Shown piece after piece: positions 7,467 to 17,453 of a stretch of DNA of 64,000 nt. Source of the stretch: Acidimicrobiia bacterium (lineage in GTDB: Bacteria; Actinomycetota; Acidimicrobiia; Acidimicrobiales; Bin134); contig JAJECA010000047.1 in NCBI GenBank assembly GCA_022822265.1, positions 1,866 to 65,865 of the forward strand, written 5' to 3'. The position numbers were made by a program, and so were the translations under genes. Each line of letters opens with the position of its first letter. Position 1 is the stretch's first letter. A model generated the notes under the pieces. The model was given only the letters and a program-made list of their open reading frames with translations, did not search any database and was not told the origin of the DNA.

Positions 7467-9195
7467 GACCACCGGGCCGGATGAGCCTGCGCCGGCTGAG
7501 CCCTCTGACGACGGTGACGACGCGCCCGCGCCAGCCGACGACGGGGACGATGAGCCGGCAGCGGAGCCCGCTGACGACGGCGAGGAGGCTCCCGCCGACG
7601 AGGTGATGATGGATGGCTGCGAGGCCACAGTGCCGGGCACCAAGGTCAACTACGCGGTGTTCTCGCCCAACGCCAACATGGACCCGACCGGCAGCAGCGG
7701 CGCCTTGGTAGGCGGCACCCAGATAGTGAACGTGTGGGACGTGTTGATGGCGTTCGACCCCGCAGCTGGCGTATCCAACGGCCAGGCCGCAGAGTCGCTG
7801 ACCCCCAATGACGACTTCACCGAGTGGACGCTGAAGATCCGCTCGGGCATCACCTACGGCAACGGCGATGCGTTCATTGCCCAAGACGTGGTCGACTCGA
7901 TGCTCCGCTTCTTCGACTCCCGCGGTGACGGAATGAACAACCGGGCGGCCGGATCCGTGGGCCTCATCGACTTCGACAACACCGAAGTCCCCGATGACAG
8001 CACCGTGATATTCCGACTCCATCGGGGTTGGAGCACCTTCCATACGCTGTTGGGCGACGAGCCCGGCATGATCGTGAACCCGCGCATCATCGCCCAGCTT
8101 CTGGATGAAGAGGCGGCCAACGCCACCGAGGAAACCAGCGCAGCCCGACTGGTCCGCAACCGGATGGCGGTAACCCCCGACCTGGTCAACGCAGCCAGCT
8201 TCGGTCCCTATGAGGTGGCCGAGGTGGAGCCCAACGTGCGAACCGTGCTGCGGGCCCGAGACAACTACTGGGGCGGCCCGGTGTGCATCGAGGAGATCGA
8301 GTTCACCTTCCCGGGCAGCTCGGTGGCCAACTGGGAGGCATTCCAGGCCGGCGACTTCAACGCCGCCTTCCTGCGTGATCCCCGGGTGTTTGCCGACGCT
8401 CGGGAGGCCGGTGCCGTACTGAGTTCTGAGGATCAGAACATCGGCGGGCTGTTCCTGTTCAACCAGGGCGTCCGTGGTGCCGAGGTCATCGGCAAGGACA
8501 TCAGGATCCGCCGGGCCATCCACCACGCCATCAACCGGGACATCATCAACGAGCGAGCCTTCGAGGGCAAGCTCAAGACCACCAACGCCATTGCTGCTGA
8601 GGGCACCTTGCTGTGGTCGCCCGAGTTGCAGGAATGCGCCGATCAGGCACCGAGCTACGATCCCGATGCCGCCGCGGCGCTGGTTGAAGAGGTGAAGGCT
8701 GACACTGGCTGGGACGGCTCCATGTTGCTGGTCCACGCCGACACCGATCCCGGACCTGAGATCGCCCAGGCAGTGGAGGGAATGCTGGAGGCCGCCGGCT
8801 TCGATATTGAGGTGGACCTCGGTCCCGTCACAACCGTGCTGATTCCCAGGGTCATCATCCAAGCCGACTACGAGATGGCCGGTTGGGGCTTCAACGCCGA
8901 CGGTGCCACTTGGGTGGCGTCGCTCAACGACAACCTCCTGTCCACCAGCGGCTCCAACCGGATGGCTTTCGCCCACCCGGACATGGACGCCGCGCTGGGC
9001 GAGCTCTACGGAGCGGCGAACGTGGATGACCAGCGGGCCGCAATTGCAGCCGTGCAGTGCGTGTGGTCGGAGCAGCTGCCCGCCATGGTCTACTCGGTGA
9101 CCGAGGAGGGCTTGGCCCTCGCCCCGAACATCAAGGGTGTCCAGCGGGCTGGCGCCACGATCTTCCTGTTCGGGAACGCCTATATCGAGAACTGA
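7378..9195 (+). CDS. ABC transporter substrate-binding lipoprotein, family 5 (paralog of 3193-4968)
   Basis: Signal peptide MRSWLFKLLALLMVFGLVAAAC, an acidic linker, and DNYWGGPVCIEEIEFTFPG / WEAFQAGDFNAAFL. Confidence 0.9.
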   Translation: MRSWLFKLLALLMVFGLVAAACGNDDDDGVTTGPDEPAPAEPSDDGDDAPAPADDGDDEPAAEPADDGEEAPADEVMMDGCEATVPGTKVNYAVFSPNANMDPTGSSGALVGGTQIVNVWDVLMAFDPAAGVSNGQAAESLTPNDDFTEWTLKIRSGITYGNGDAFIAQDVVDSMLRFFDSRGDGMNNRAAGSVGLIDFDNTEVPDDSTVIFRLHRGWSTFHTLLGDEPGMIVNPRIIAQLLDEEAANATEETSAARLVRNRMAVTPDLVNAASFGPYEVAEVEPNVRTVLRARDNYWGGPVCIEEIEFTFPGSSVANWEAFQAGDFNAAFLRDPRVFADAREAGAVLSSEDQNIGGLFLFNQGVRGAEVIGKDIRIRRAIHHAINRDIINERAFEGKLKTTNAIAAEGTLLWSPELQECADQAPSYDPDAAAALVEEVKADTGWDGSMLLVHADTDPGPEIAQAVEGMLEAAGFDIEVDLGPVTTVLIPRVIIQADYEMAGWGFNADGATWVASLNDNLLSTSGSNRMAFAHPDMDAALGELYGAANVDDQRAAIAAVQCVWSEQLPAMVYSVTEEGLALAPNIKGVQRAGATIFLFGNAYIEN

Positions 9196-9248
9196 GCTCA
9201 AAAGGAGCAATTCTGAGCAACTAAAGCTCTAAAGCGAGGAAGAGCACC

Positions 9249-10376
9249 GTGCTACGGGTGATCGGCTTGAAGCTGGTCCGGCTCGTGCCGGTGCTCTTCC
9301 TCGTTTCATTGGCCACCTTCTTCCTGGTCGATCTGATTCCCGGCGACCCGGCCGCCAACATGCTGGGCACTGACGCCACAATTGAGGATTTGGAGGCGGT
9401 CAGAAAGTCGCTGGGCCTGGACAAGCCGATCACCGACCGCTACGTGGACTGGCTGAGCGGTGCGCTGAGCGGCGATTTGGGTCTGTCGTTGCGGTCTCCC
9501 AATGAGCCGGTAACCGACCTGATCCAGCGCAGCGTTGGGCCCACGCTGCGCTTGTCCGCCATGGCGTTGGGAATGTCGTTCACCATCGCGATCTTCTTGG
9601 GGGTCTGGTCGGCTCAGGCGGCTGGAACTCGGGTCGACCGGTTGGTGAGCGGCACCATGTTCGGCTTCATCTCGGTCCCCACGTTCTTGGCTGGCCTTCT
9701 GTTCATCTTCTTCTTCGTGTTCCGCGAATCCATCCCCCGCTGGCTGTGGGTCATCGGCATGGGGCTGATCGTTCTGCGGCTGCTTTATCTGGCCATCAGC
9801 CGACTAGTCGAAGACCGCGCCCACTTCTCTGGGTGGTTCGGATATGCCATTGCCACGCTGGTGGTGGCCGGTCTCATGATGTGGGTGTTCGTCCAGTGGC
9901 CCGACTTCCCCCGCACCGCCTCTCACCGCTACGACGACAACTGGCGCGAGCAGATTCGCTCGCTGTTTTTGCCCGCGCTGGCCCTGGCCTTGAGCGAGAT
10001 CGCCGTTTTCACCCGGCTGTTGAGGGCTGACATGCTGTCGACCCTTCAGGAGCAATTCGTGCTGTCGGCCCGGGCCAAGGGCATGCCCACGTGGCGGATC
10101 TTGTTCCGCGACGCGCTGCGCCCGTCGTCGTTCTCTCTCATCACCGTGGCCGGAATCACGCTGGGCCGGCTCATCGGCGGGACGGTCATCATCGAGACCA
10201 TCTTCGGCTTAGATGGGCTGGGCAAGCTGATCGTGGGCACCGGGGTGATCCCCAAGAACTACACCATCGTGCAGGGCGGTGTGCTGGTGCTGGCCGTGGG
10301 CTACGTGATGCTGAACGCCATAATCGACATCTCCTACCAGTACCTCGATCCGAGAATCAGGCGGGGGCGTGTCTGA
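9249..10376 (+). CDS. ABC transporter permease, DppB/OppB type (paralog)
   Basis: MLRVIGLKLVRLVPVLFLVS, SARAKG, ALRPSSFSLITV. Confidence 0.9.
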   Translation: MLRVIGLKLVRLVPVLFLVSLATFFLVDLIPGDPAANMLGTDATIEDLEAVRKSLGLDKPITDRYVDWLSGALSGDLGLSLRSPNEPVTDLIQRSVGPTLRLSAMALGMSFTIAIFLGVWSAQAAGTRVDRLVSGTMFGFISVPTFLAGLLFIFFFVFRESIPRWLWVIGMGLIVLRLLYLAISRLVEDRAHFSGWFGYAIATLVVAGLMMWVFVQWPDFPRTASHRYDDNWREQIRSLFLPALALALSEIAVFTRLLRADMLSTLQEQFVLSARAKGMPTWRILFRDALRPSSFSLITVAGITLGRLIGGTVIIETIFGLDGLGKLIVGTGVIPKNYTIVQGGVLVLAVGYVMLNAIIDISYQYLDPRIRRGRV

Positions 10377-11430
10377 GACGACGAATGACACGATCGCCCT
10401 AGGCGAGGCTGAGGTTCGAGCTCGCAGTGCCGAGCCTCGGCCATTCTGGCTCTGGCCGCTGCTGCCCATCGGCATTGCGGTGATTTTCGTGGGCACCATG
10501 GTGCTCAACGATGTGACCGCCGAGATCAGGGTCGCCCTGGTGCTGGCGGGGATCGTGGGCGGATACTTCGGCCTAGACGCGCTTTGTCAGAGGCGCTGGG
10601 GATCGAGCTTTGACACCTCGGCGTGGCTGTCGGGGTTCTGGCTGGTGCTCATTGGGCTTTCGGCCATAACTGTGGCTTGGCTGCCGCTGCAAGAGTCCAA
10701 GTTGGTGAAGAACACGATTGGCGACACCCCGCGCCTTCGGCCCGATCTCTTCTCTGAACATCCCCTCGGAACCAATTCCCAAGCGCTCGACATATTGGGC
10801 GGGGTGATGTGGGGGGCGCGCACGTCGCTGATCATCAGCCTGGGGGCGGTGGCCATAGGCTTGTTGATCGGGGGGATTATCGGAATCGCGGCGGGCTATT
10901 ACCGGGGCCCCTTTGACAGCGGGGTGGGGATTCTGGCCGACTCCCTGCTGGCCTTTCCGCCGCTGATCCTGCTGGTGGCGATGGCCACGATTTTCACCCA
11001 GAACCAATGGACCATGGCGCTGGAACTGTCGCTCTTGGGAATCCCGACCTACATCCGATTGGCTCGGGCCAACACATTGACCTTCGCCCAGAGGGAGTTT
11101 GTTTTGGCCGCCAAGTCCATGGGGTCGGGGGACCGGCGCGTCATTTTTCGGGAGCTGATGCCCAACGTGGCGCTGCCCATGGTTTCGTATGCCTTCTTGG
11201 TGACCGCGGTGCTGATAGTGGCTGAGGCCTCCCTCAGCTTCCTGGGCGTGGGCATCCAGCCCCCCGAACCAACGTGGGGCAACATGATCGAGGCGGGCCA
11301 GGAGAACTACAAGGACCATCCCCACTTGGTGTTCGTGCCCGGCATTGTGATGTTCATGACCGTGTTCGCCCTCAACCGAGTAGGCGACAAGGCCCGCGAG
11401 CGCTGGGACCCCCGCGAAGCCCAGATCTAG
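10369..11430 (+). CDS. ABC transporter permease, DppC/OppC type (paralog)
   Basis: The GTG start overlaps the upstream stop by 8 nt. AKSMGSGDRRVIFRELMPNV; the C-terminus FALNRVGDKARERWDPREAQI parallels that of 6126-7238. Confidence 0.85.
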   Translation: MSETTNDTIALGEAEVRARSAEPRPFWLWPLLPIGIAVIFVGTMVLNDVTAEIRVALVLAGIVGGYFGLDALCQRRWGSSFDTSAWLSGFWLVLIGLSAITVAWLPLQESKLVKNTIGDTPRLRPDLFSEHPLGTNSQALDILGGVMWGARTSLIISLGAVAIGLLIGGIIGIAAGYYRGPFDSGVGILADSLLAFPPLILLVAMATIFTQNQWTMALELSLLGIPTYIRLARANTLTFAQREFVLAAKSMGSGDRRVIFRELMPNVALPMVSYAFLVTAVLIVAEASLSFLGVGIQPPEPTWGNMIEAGQENYKDHPHLVFVPGIVMFMTVFALNRVGDKARERWDPREAQI

Positions 11431-11436
11431 GTAGGT

Positions 11437-14400
11437 CTATCGGCTGATCGCGGCGCGGAAGCGCTCGATGTTGGCCAGCTTGATGTGCTCGTAGCCGCGA
11501 ACGAGGTCGGCGGCCTCGGCTATGGCTTGGGCGGTTTGCATGTCTTCGGGGGCGGCGGCCCCTTCGACTGCTTTGCGGAGGGCGGATAGGTACTCGGCGG
11601 GCAGGCGGCGCTCCTCTCGGCGGACTTCGGCCCGGCCGAAGGGGTCGAAGGGGGTGCCCCGGAGGCGCTTGCCCTTGGCCAATAGGGCCATGAGCGGACG
11701 CCAGCGTGCGGTCGACAGGGCGATCTTCTTCTTGCGGCCCATAGCCCGCAGGGTGGGCGGGTGCAGCCGCCAGGCCATCCGGTCGCCGGGCTCAGCAACG
11801 GCCATTGCCGGGGCATGGCCGTCGGGGTCGAGCATCAGGCGGGCCACTTCGTACTCGTCCTTGTAGGCCATGAGCTTGAACAGGCCCGCTGCTACTGCCG
11901 CAGTCAGCGCCGCCGAGCCGGGGTTCACCCGGCGCTCAACGGCGGCGAATTCGGCTACCCCGTCGAGATAGCGGGCGGCCAAAGCCCGGTTCTGGAAGCG
12001 CACCAACTCGGCGGCGAACAGCTCCAGGGCGGCGGCCAAAACGGCGTCGCCTTCCGACAGCTCCTCGATTCGGCCGCTCAGCTTGGGGCCCAGCACGGTG
12101 GCGTGGTCGTACTCCAGCGCCCGAGCGTCGTCGGGCACCGGCGTCGGTCGCCCCGCCGCGGTGGTCTCCACCATCGCCTGATCGGCCACCCACCAGCGGC
12201 CCCAGCGGAACGCGGCGGTGTTCAGCTCTACGGCTACCCCGTTGAGCTCGATGGCGGTTTCCAGCGCCTCGGCCGACACCGGCAGCAGTCCGGTTTGGGT
12301 GGCCATGCCCACCACGAACACGTTGGCCCCCACCGCGTCGCCCACCAGCACTTGGGCCAAGTCGGATGCGCTGGCCCAGAAGTGGGCGTCGGGCCGGGTT
12401 TCGGCCCGCACCCGCTCCAGCAGCTCTTCGGCAGTGGGCATGTCGATCTCGGGGTGGGCGGTCTTGGCTCCGGGGGGCACCACGTCGAGCGATCCCACCA
12501 CCGAGGTGCGGGCCGGGTCGGCTGCGTCGAGGCCGGTGGCTGAAGCGGCCACCAGCAGGTCGAAGGCCAGCAGCAGGTCGGCCTGGCGGTCGCCCAGCCG
12601 GTTGCTGCCCGAGCGGCCGTTTCGGGTAATCCGCAGATCGCTGACCACCGGCCCAGCCTTCTGGGACAGGCCGATTTGGTCGAGCCCCTGCACATTGGAA
12701 CCGTCGAGCATGGCCGCAGTGCAGATGAGCTGGCCGGTGGTCACCACCCCGGTTCCGCCGATGCCGGTGATGTGGATGCTCACGTCGGAGTTGGGCGGCT
12801 CCGGCGGCGCAGGGATGGGGGTGGGTGGCTCCGGCAATTGGTATGGGCTCGAGGCACGGCTGCCGCGGGAGCGCTTGGGTTTGGTGATGGTGATGAACGC
12901 GGGGCAGTCGCCCTCCAGGCACGACAAGTCAATGTTGCAGCTGTCCTGGTCGATGGTGGTCTTGCGGCCGAACGGGGTGTCGAAGGGCTGCACCGACAGG
13001 CAGTTGGAGACTTCGGCGCAGTGGCCGCAGCCCTCGCACACCCGGTGGTTGATAGCCACCCGAGTGCGGGGCGGGCTGATCTTGCCCCGCTTGCGGTCTC
13101 GGCGCAGTTCAGCCGCGCACCGCTGATCGTGGATGAGCACGGTTACCCCGGCCACCGCGGCCAGTTCCTGCTGGACTTCGGCCAGCTCGGCGCGGTCTCT
13201 CACATCCACCTCTGAGGGAAGCCCGAGGCGGCGGGTGCGGGCCGGATCGTCGGAGGTGATGATGATGCGAGCCACGCCCTGGGCCAGCAGCGACCGGCAT
13301 ACCCGGTTTAGGGGGATGCCTCCAGTGGGGTTCTGCCCTCCGGTCATGGCCACCGCCCCGTTCCACAGCAGCTTGTAGGTGATGTTCACTCCCGCGGCGA
13401 TGGCCGCGGTCATGGCCAGCTGCCCGGAGTGGAAGAAGGTGCCGTCGCCCATGTTCTGGATCAGATGGGGGGTTTCCACGAACGGGGCCATGCCAATCCA
13501 CTGGGTGCCCTCGCTGCCCATGCAGGTGAGCCCTGCGATGTCGCCATAGCGCTCCTCGCCCCCCAAAAGGATCATGGTGTGACAGCCGATGCCCGCGCCC
13601 ACTGCGGTGTCGGGGTCGGTCACCGTGCTGCGGTTGTGGGGGCAGCCCGAGCAGAAATACGGGGTGCGGTTCACCGCCAGGGGGATGCGCTCTCGCGCCG
13701 GGGGCTCAGGGGTCAGCCGATCGGCCAGCCGGCCCAGCCTGCTGCGCAGCGGACCCACCAAGTCGTCGGCGTGCAGGGCGCCGTGGCTCTTGATGAGGCG
13801 TTGGTCGAATTCGTCGAATTCGCCCACGATGCGGGGCCGGTGCGAGGTGTTGTACAGGGCGTCTTTCACCCGTGACTCCACGTTGGGGGTCTTCTCCTCG
13901 ATGACGAAGATCTCCTCCAAGCCAACGGCGAAGTCTCTGATCGTGGAGGAGTTGAACGGGATGGGCAGGCCCATGCGCAGCATGCGGATTCCGGCGCTGG
14001 AGATCGCTTCGTCGCTCTCCAAGCCGATCACCGCCAGCGCCTCCCGCACCTCCCAGTAGGTGATGCCCGAGGCGATTATTCCGATCCAGGCATTGGGCGA
14101 TTCCACCACCACACGATTTAGGTGGTTCAGCTCGGCGTATTGAAGGGCCAGATTGGTGCGGACCTCCACGATCTCGCGCTCAAAGTCCAGCGTGTAGGGG
14201 GTGAGCAGACGGGTGTCGGGGCGGTGCTGGTAGGGCTTGCCCTCGTGCAGGGGTATGACCGGATTGACCCGGTTGGGGTCGAGGCTGACATCGGCCGATC
14301 CGTCGGCCACGTTGGCGACGATCTTCATCCCCACCCACAGCCCGGTGGCCCGGCTCATGGCGATGGCGTGGCGGCCCAGCTCCAACACGTCGGCGGGATC

Positions 14401-14934
14401 GCCGGGATAGAGCACCGGGATGTGCAGGTCGGCCAGCACCCCGGCTGAGGTGGACGGCAACGTGGACGACTTGGCGTTGGGGTCGTCGCCGGCCAGCATC
14501 ACAACCCCGCCCTTGGGGTCGGCGCCGGCGAACATGGCATGGCGGATGGCGTCGGAGGCCCGGTCGACGCCGGGGGCCTTGCCGTACCAGATGCCGATAA
14601 CGCCGTCGTAGCGGGCGTCGGGCCGGGAGGCGGCCAGCTGGCTGCCCATCACCGCAGTGGCCGCATACTCCTCGTTAACCGAGGGCCGCAGCACCATGTG
14701 GCTTTCTCCCGATTCCCTTACGGCTCGCTCCAATGCCGAGTCGAGTCCGCCCACCGGCGAACCGGGATAGCCGGCGGCGAACGCCGCGGTGTTCAGCCCC
14801 GCCGCCCGGTCGGCTCGCAGTTGCTCCAGCGGGAGCCGAGCCATGGCCTGAATCCCGGTGAGGAAGACCGTTCCGTGATCGTTGGTGAAGCGATCGGAGA
14901 GCCGGTAGCCGCGGTTCGACTCGGTGGCGGTCAT
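11437..14934 (-). CDS. Indolepyruvate/2-oxoacid:ferredoxin oxidoreductase family protein (fused alpha-beta)
   Basis: 1165 aa. N-terminus YRLSDRF...GTVFLTGIQA. TPP-type GDGTFFHSG. Two Cys clusters: CEGCGHCAEVSNC and CNIDLSCLEGDCP. Confidence 0.9.
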   Translation of the reverse strand: MTATESNRGYRLSDRFTNDHGTVFLTGIQAMARLPLEQLRADRAAGLNTAAFAAGYPGSPVGGLDSALERAVRESGESHMVLRPSVNEEYAATAVMGSQLAASRPDARYDGVIGIWYGKAPGVDRASDAIRHAMFAGADPKGGVVMLAGDDPNAKSSTLPSTSAGVLADLHIPVLYPGDPADVLELGRHAIAMSRATGLWVGMKIVANVADGSADVSLDPNRVNPVIPLHEGKPYQHRPDTRLLTPYTLDFEREIVEVRTNLALQYAELNHLNRVVVESPNAWIGIIASGITYWEVREALAVIGLESDEAISSAGIRMLRMGLPIPFNSSTIRDFAVGLEEIFVIEEKTPNVESRVKDALYNTSHRPRIVGEFDEFDQRLIKSHGALHADDLVGPLRSRLGRLADRLTPEPPARERIPLAVNRTPYFCSGCPHNRSTVTDPDTAVGAGIGCHTMILLGGEERYGDIAGLTCMGSEGTQWIGMAPFVETPHLIQNMGDGTFFHSGQLAMTAAIAAGVNITYKLLWNGAVAMTGGQNPTGGIPLNRVCRSLLAQGVARIIITSDDPARTRRLGLPSEVDVRDRAELAEVQQELAAVAGVTVLIHDQRCAAELRRDRKRGKISPPRTRVAINHRVCEGCGHCAEVSNCLSVQPFDTPFGRKTTIDQDSCNIDLSCLEGDCPAFITITKPKRSRGSRASSPYQLPEPPTPIPAPPEPPNSDVSIHITGIGGTGVVTTGQLICTAAMLDGSNVQGLDQIGLSQKAGPVVSDLRITRNGRSGSNRLGDRQADLLLAFDLLVAASATGLDAADPARTSVVGSLDVVPPGAKTAHPEIDMPTAEELLERVRAETRPDAHFWASASDLAQVLVGDAVGANVFVVGMATQTGLLPVSAEALETAIELNGVAVELNTAAFRWGRWWVADQAMVETTAAGRPTPVPDDARALEYDHATVLGPKLSGRIEELSEGDAVLAAALELFAAELVRFQNRALAARYLDGVAEFAAVERRVNPGSAALTAAVAAGLFKLMAYKDEYEVARLMLDPDGHAPAMAVAEPGDRMAWRLHPPTLRAMGRKKKIALSTARWRPLMALLAKGKRLRGTPFDPFGRAEVRREERRLPAEYLSALRKAVEGAAAPEDMQTAQAIAEAADLVRGYEHIKLANIERFRAAISR

Positions 14935-14999
14935 GTGGAGGTCAGTCTAGGGGCAAGTCTTGGCTGTCGGGTTGTGCAATTTGAACATGTAGTTGAACA

Positions 15000-17453
15000 T
15001 CACACAGCAGGGGCTTGGGGCGCGAAGGCGGGACGGGTGCCAATGATCTGGGCCTCTTCTAGGCGGGCCAGCTCATCGTCGTCCACTCCCAGCAGGTTGC
15101 CTAGCACCTCTGCATTGTGCTCGCCGAGCAACGGTGCGGGGCGGGTGAACCAGTGGTCGGGCTGGCGGCCGAAGCGCACCGGCATGGCAGGGAAGCGGTG
15201 GGAGCCGGCCAGCGGGTGCTCGACGGCCTCGTAGAAGCCGCGGGCGTTCACCTGGGGGTTGCGGTCGCCTTCTCGGCTCATCACCATCTCCGCGGCGGGC
15301 ACGCCGGAGGAGATGAGCCGTTCAACCACATCGGCGGCCGGGAGGCCAGCGCACCATGGCTCGATCAGCTCGTCGAAGCGGTGGCGGGCGGCGTAGCGGT
15401 CGGCCAATGCGCCCGAGGCCGCCACCTGGTCCAACCCCAGTTCGGGTACGGCGGCCAGCAGCCCATGCCAGTGCTGGTCGGTCTCCACCGACAAGGCGAT
15501 GTGCTGGCCGTCGGCGCACGGGTACACGCCCTGGGGGCAGGCGTTGGGGTGATGGTTGGCTTCTCGCTGCATCAGATGGCCGGTGGCGGTGTACTCCACC
15601 ACCTGCTCGGCGGCGGCGTTGAGCGCGGTTTCCACCATGGTGGCCTCCACGAAGCTGCCCTTGCCGGTGCGCTCCCGGGCGTGCAGGCCGCAGATCACCG
15701 CGTAGGCGGCGTGGAGGCCGGCCAGCGGGTCGGAGGGGCCTCGGGCCAGCTGCGGAGCGGTGTCGGGGTAGCCGCTGAGCCAGCACATGCCGCTGATTTG
15801 CTCCATGGTTTGGGCGAAGCCCACCCGGTCTCGCCACGGCCCGTCGAGCCCGAAGGCCGGCATCCGCACCATCACCATCCGGGGGTTCAGGGCGCTGACC
15901 GTGTCCCAGTCGAGCCCGAACTGGTCGATGACCCGGGGGGAGAAGTTCTCCACCAGCGCGTCGGACACGCCGATCAGCCGGTGCAGCAGCCCCATGCCCT
16001 CGGGACGGGTCAAATCCAGGGTGACCGATCGCTTGCCCACGTTGGCGTGCTGGAAGGTGGGGCCGAACTCCCACCACTGGTCGTCGGCCGGGGTGCGGGC
16101 CGAGCCGAACCTCATCCCGTCGGGCCGCTGCACCGACTCGATGTGGATGACCTCGGCCCCCAGGGTGGCCAGCACCAAGGTGGCGTAGGGACCGGCCCAA
16201 AAGGCGGTCATGTCCACTACCCTCACGCCGTCGAGGGGCAGGGCATCAGGCGACGCCGTCGGGTCGGTGCCGACCGGTCGGGTAGCGCCGACGGGACGGG
16301 TAGCGCCGACAGAATGATCTTTTGATGTCAACCCTTCCAGCACCTCGTCGGTGTGCTGGCCCAGGCGGGGGGCGGGCCGAAAGGCGACCGACGGATGGTC
16401 TCGGTTGCGATACGGCACCCGGGGTTGGATGAACTCTCCGTCGGGGTGGGGCACGTACACCCCCCGCTGGGCGAATTGGTCGAACTCGGCCAGGTTGGCC
16501 CCGTTGCCGATGGGGGCGACGGGAATGCGCAACAAGATGGCCTCGCGAACCACTTCCTCGGTGGTGCGGGCCGAGGTCCACTCCCGGATGGCCCCGGCGA
16601 TGGACTCACCGGCGGCGATGCGCCCGCCCATGGTGGCCAATTGGGGATCGTCGGCCCATTCGGGGTGGCCCACCAGCACGGTGAAGTCTTGCCACTGCTG
16701 GCCGGTGAACACGCAGAACCCCACGTAGCCGTCCCGGGTGGGTTCCACCGAGGGCACCTCCAGCAATGCCTTGGTGTCGTACTCGCCGGTGAACGATCCC
16801 CACAGGGTCTGCACGTTGGTGCAGGTGGGGGTGATGGTCTCCAGCAATGAGAGGTCCACATGGTCGCCCACTGCGGTGCGGCGAGCCCGGCGCAGCGCGG
16901 CGGTGGCCGCCACCGCCGCGGTCACCCCGCCCATCCATTCGCCAATTCGCCCTCCGGCGTTGAACGGGATGCGTCCCGGCTGGCCCCGGGTGGAGGTCGA
17001 CCCGGCGATGGCCATGAGCGTGAACTCGTTGGCCGGGCGCTGGCTCCACGGGCCGCCCCGTCCGAAGTTGGACACCGACACCATGGTGGCGTCGGACCGC
17101 CGCTCGGCCAGCGCCTCCCAGCCCACTCCCAGCGCCTCCAGCTCGCCGGGCTCCGACCGCTCCATCACCAAGTCGGCAGTGGCATACAGATCCAGCAGCC
17201 GGTCGCGGCCCGCCGCGGTTCGGTAGTCCAGCATCACGCCCTGCTTGGTGGTGTTGAGGAACCGGAACAGCGGACCGTAACCGTTTACGGCGGCGTAGGA
17301 GGCCGAATAGTCCCGCAGCGGGTCGCCGTCGGGCAGCTCCACCTTCACCACCTCGGCCCCGGCGTCGGCCAGCAGCTTGGTGGCGTAGCCGCCGGCGATA
17401 CCCCAGCCCAGGTCGACTATCCGAACTCCGTCCAGCGCGGGCCGCCCAACCAT
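15000..17453 (-). CDS. Tandem-fused family III (CaiB/BaiF) CoA-transferase with two complete units
   Basis: RIVDLGWGIAGGYATKLLADAGAEVVKVE in the N-terminal half and VRVVDMTAFWAGPYATLVLATLGAEVIHIE in the C-terminal half. At 817 aa it is about twice the usual length. Confidence 0.85.
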   Translation of the reverse strand: MVGRPALDGVRIVDLGWGIAGGYATKLLADAGAEVVKVELPDGDPLRDYSASYAAVNGYGPLFRFLNTTKQGVMLDYRTAAGRDRLLDLYATADLVMERSEPGELEALGVGWEALAERRSDATMVSVSNFGRGGPWSQRPANEFTLMAIAGSTSTRGQPGRIPFNAGGRIGEWMGGVTAAVAATAALRRARRTAVGDHVDLSLLETITPTCTNVQTLWGSFTGEYDTKALLEVPSVEPTRDGYVGFCVFTGQQWQDFTVLVGHPEWADDPQLATMGGRIAAGESIAGAIREWTSARTTEEVVREAILLRIPVAPIGNGANLAEFDQFAQRGVYVPHPDGEFIQPRVPYRNRDHPSVAFRPAPRLGQHTDEVLEGLTSKDHSVGATRPVGATRPVGTDPTASPDALPLDGVRVVDMTAFWAGPYATLVLATLGAEVIHIESVQRPDGMRFGSARTPADDQWWEFGPTFQHANVGKRSVTLDLTRPEGMGLLHRLIGVSDALVENFSPRVIDQFGLDWDTVSALNPRMVMVRMPAFGLDGPWRDRVGFAQTMEQISGMCWLSGYPDTAPQLARGPSDPLAGLHAAYAVICGLHARERTGKGSFVEATMVETALNAAAEQVVEYTATGHLMQREANHHPNACPQGVYPCADGQHIALSVETDQHWHGLLAAVPELGLDQVAASGALADRYAARHRFDELIEPWCAGLPAADVVERLISSGVPAAEMVMSREGDRNPQVNARGFYEAVEHPLAGSHRFPAMPVRFGRQPDHWFTRPAPLLGEHNAEVLGNLLGVDDDELARLEEAQIIGTRPAFAPQAPAV
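16275..16310. repeat. 18-nt tandem duplication inside the CoA-transferase inter-unit linker (encodes GATRPV GATRPV)
   Basis: gggtagcgccgac occurs at 16280-16292 and again at 16298-16310. Confidence 0.85.

Noticed and set aside
7411-9210. Very long antisense ORFs opposite well-supported genes. Examples: 7411-9210(-) opposite the SBP, 27252-29447(-) opposite clpC, 39852-41579(-) opposite groEL, 57216-59501(-) opposite glnD, 21209-22957(-), 42795-44429(-), and 15117-16325(+).
   Set aside because: In DNA at about 70% GC, stop codons are rare in all frames. These translations are Arg/Gly/His/Pro-rich low-complexity strings with no recognisable motifs, whereas the opposite-strand genes carry textbook motifs.
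9196-9248. An AT-richer spacer after the second SBP gene, checked for a hairpin equivalent to 4975-5017.
   Set aside because: Only a 5-bp GCTCA/TGAGC complement is present, which does not make a credible structure. The attenuator-like hairpin appears specific to module 1.
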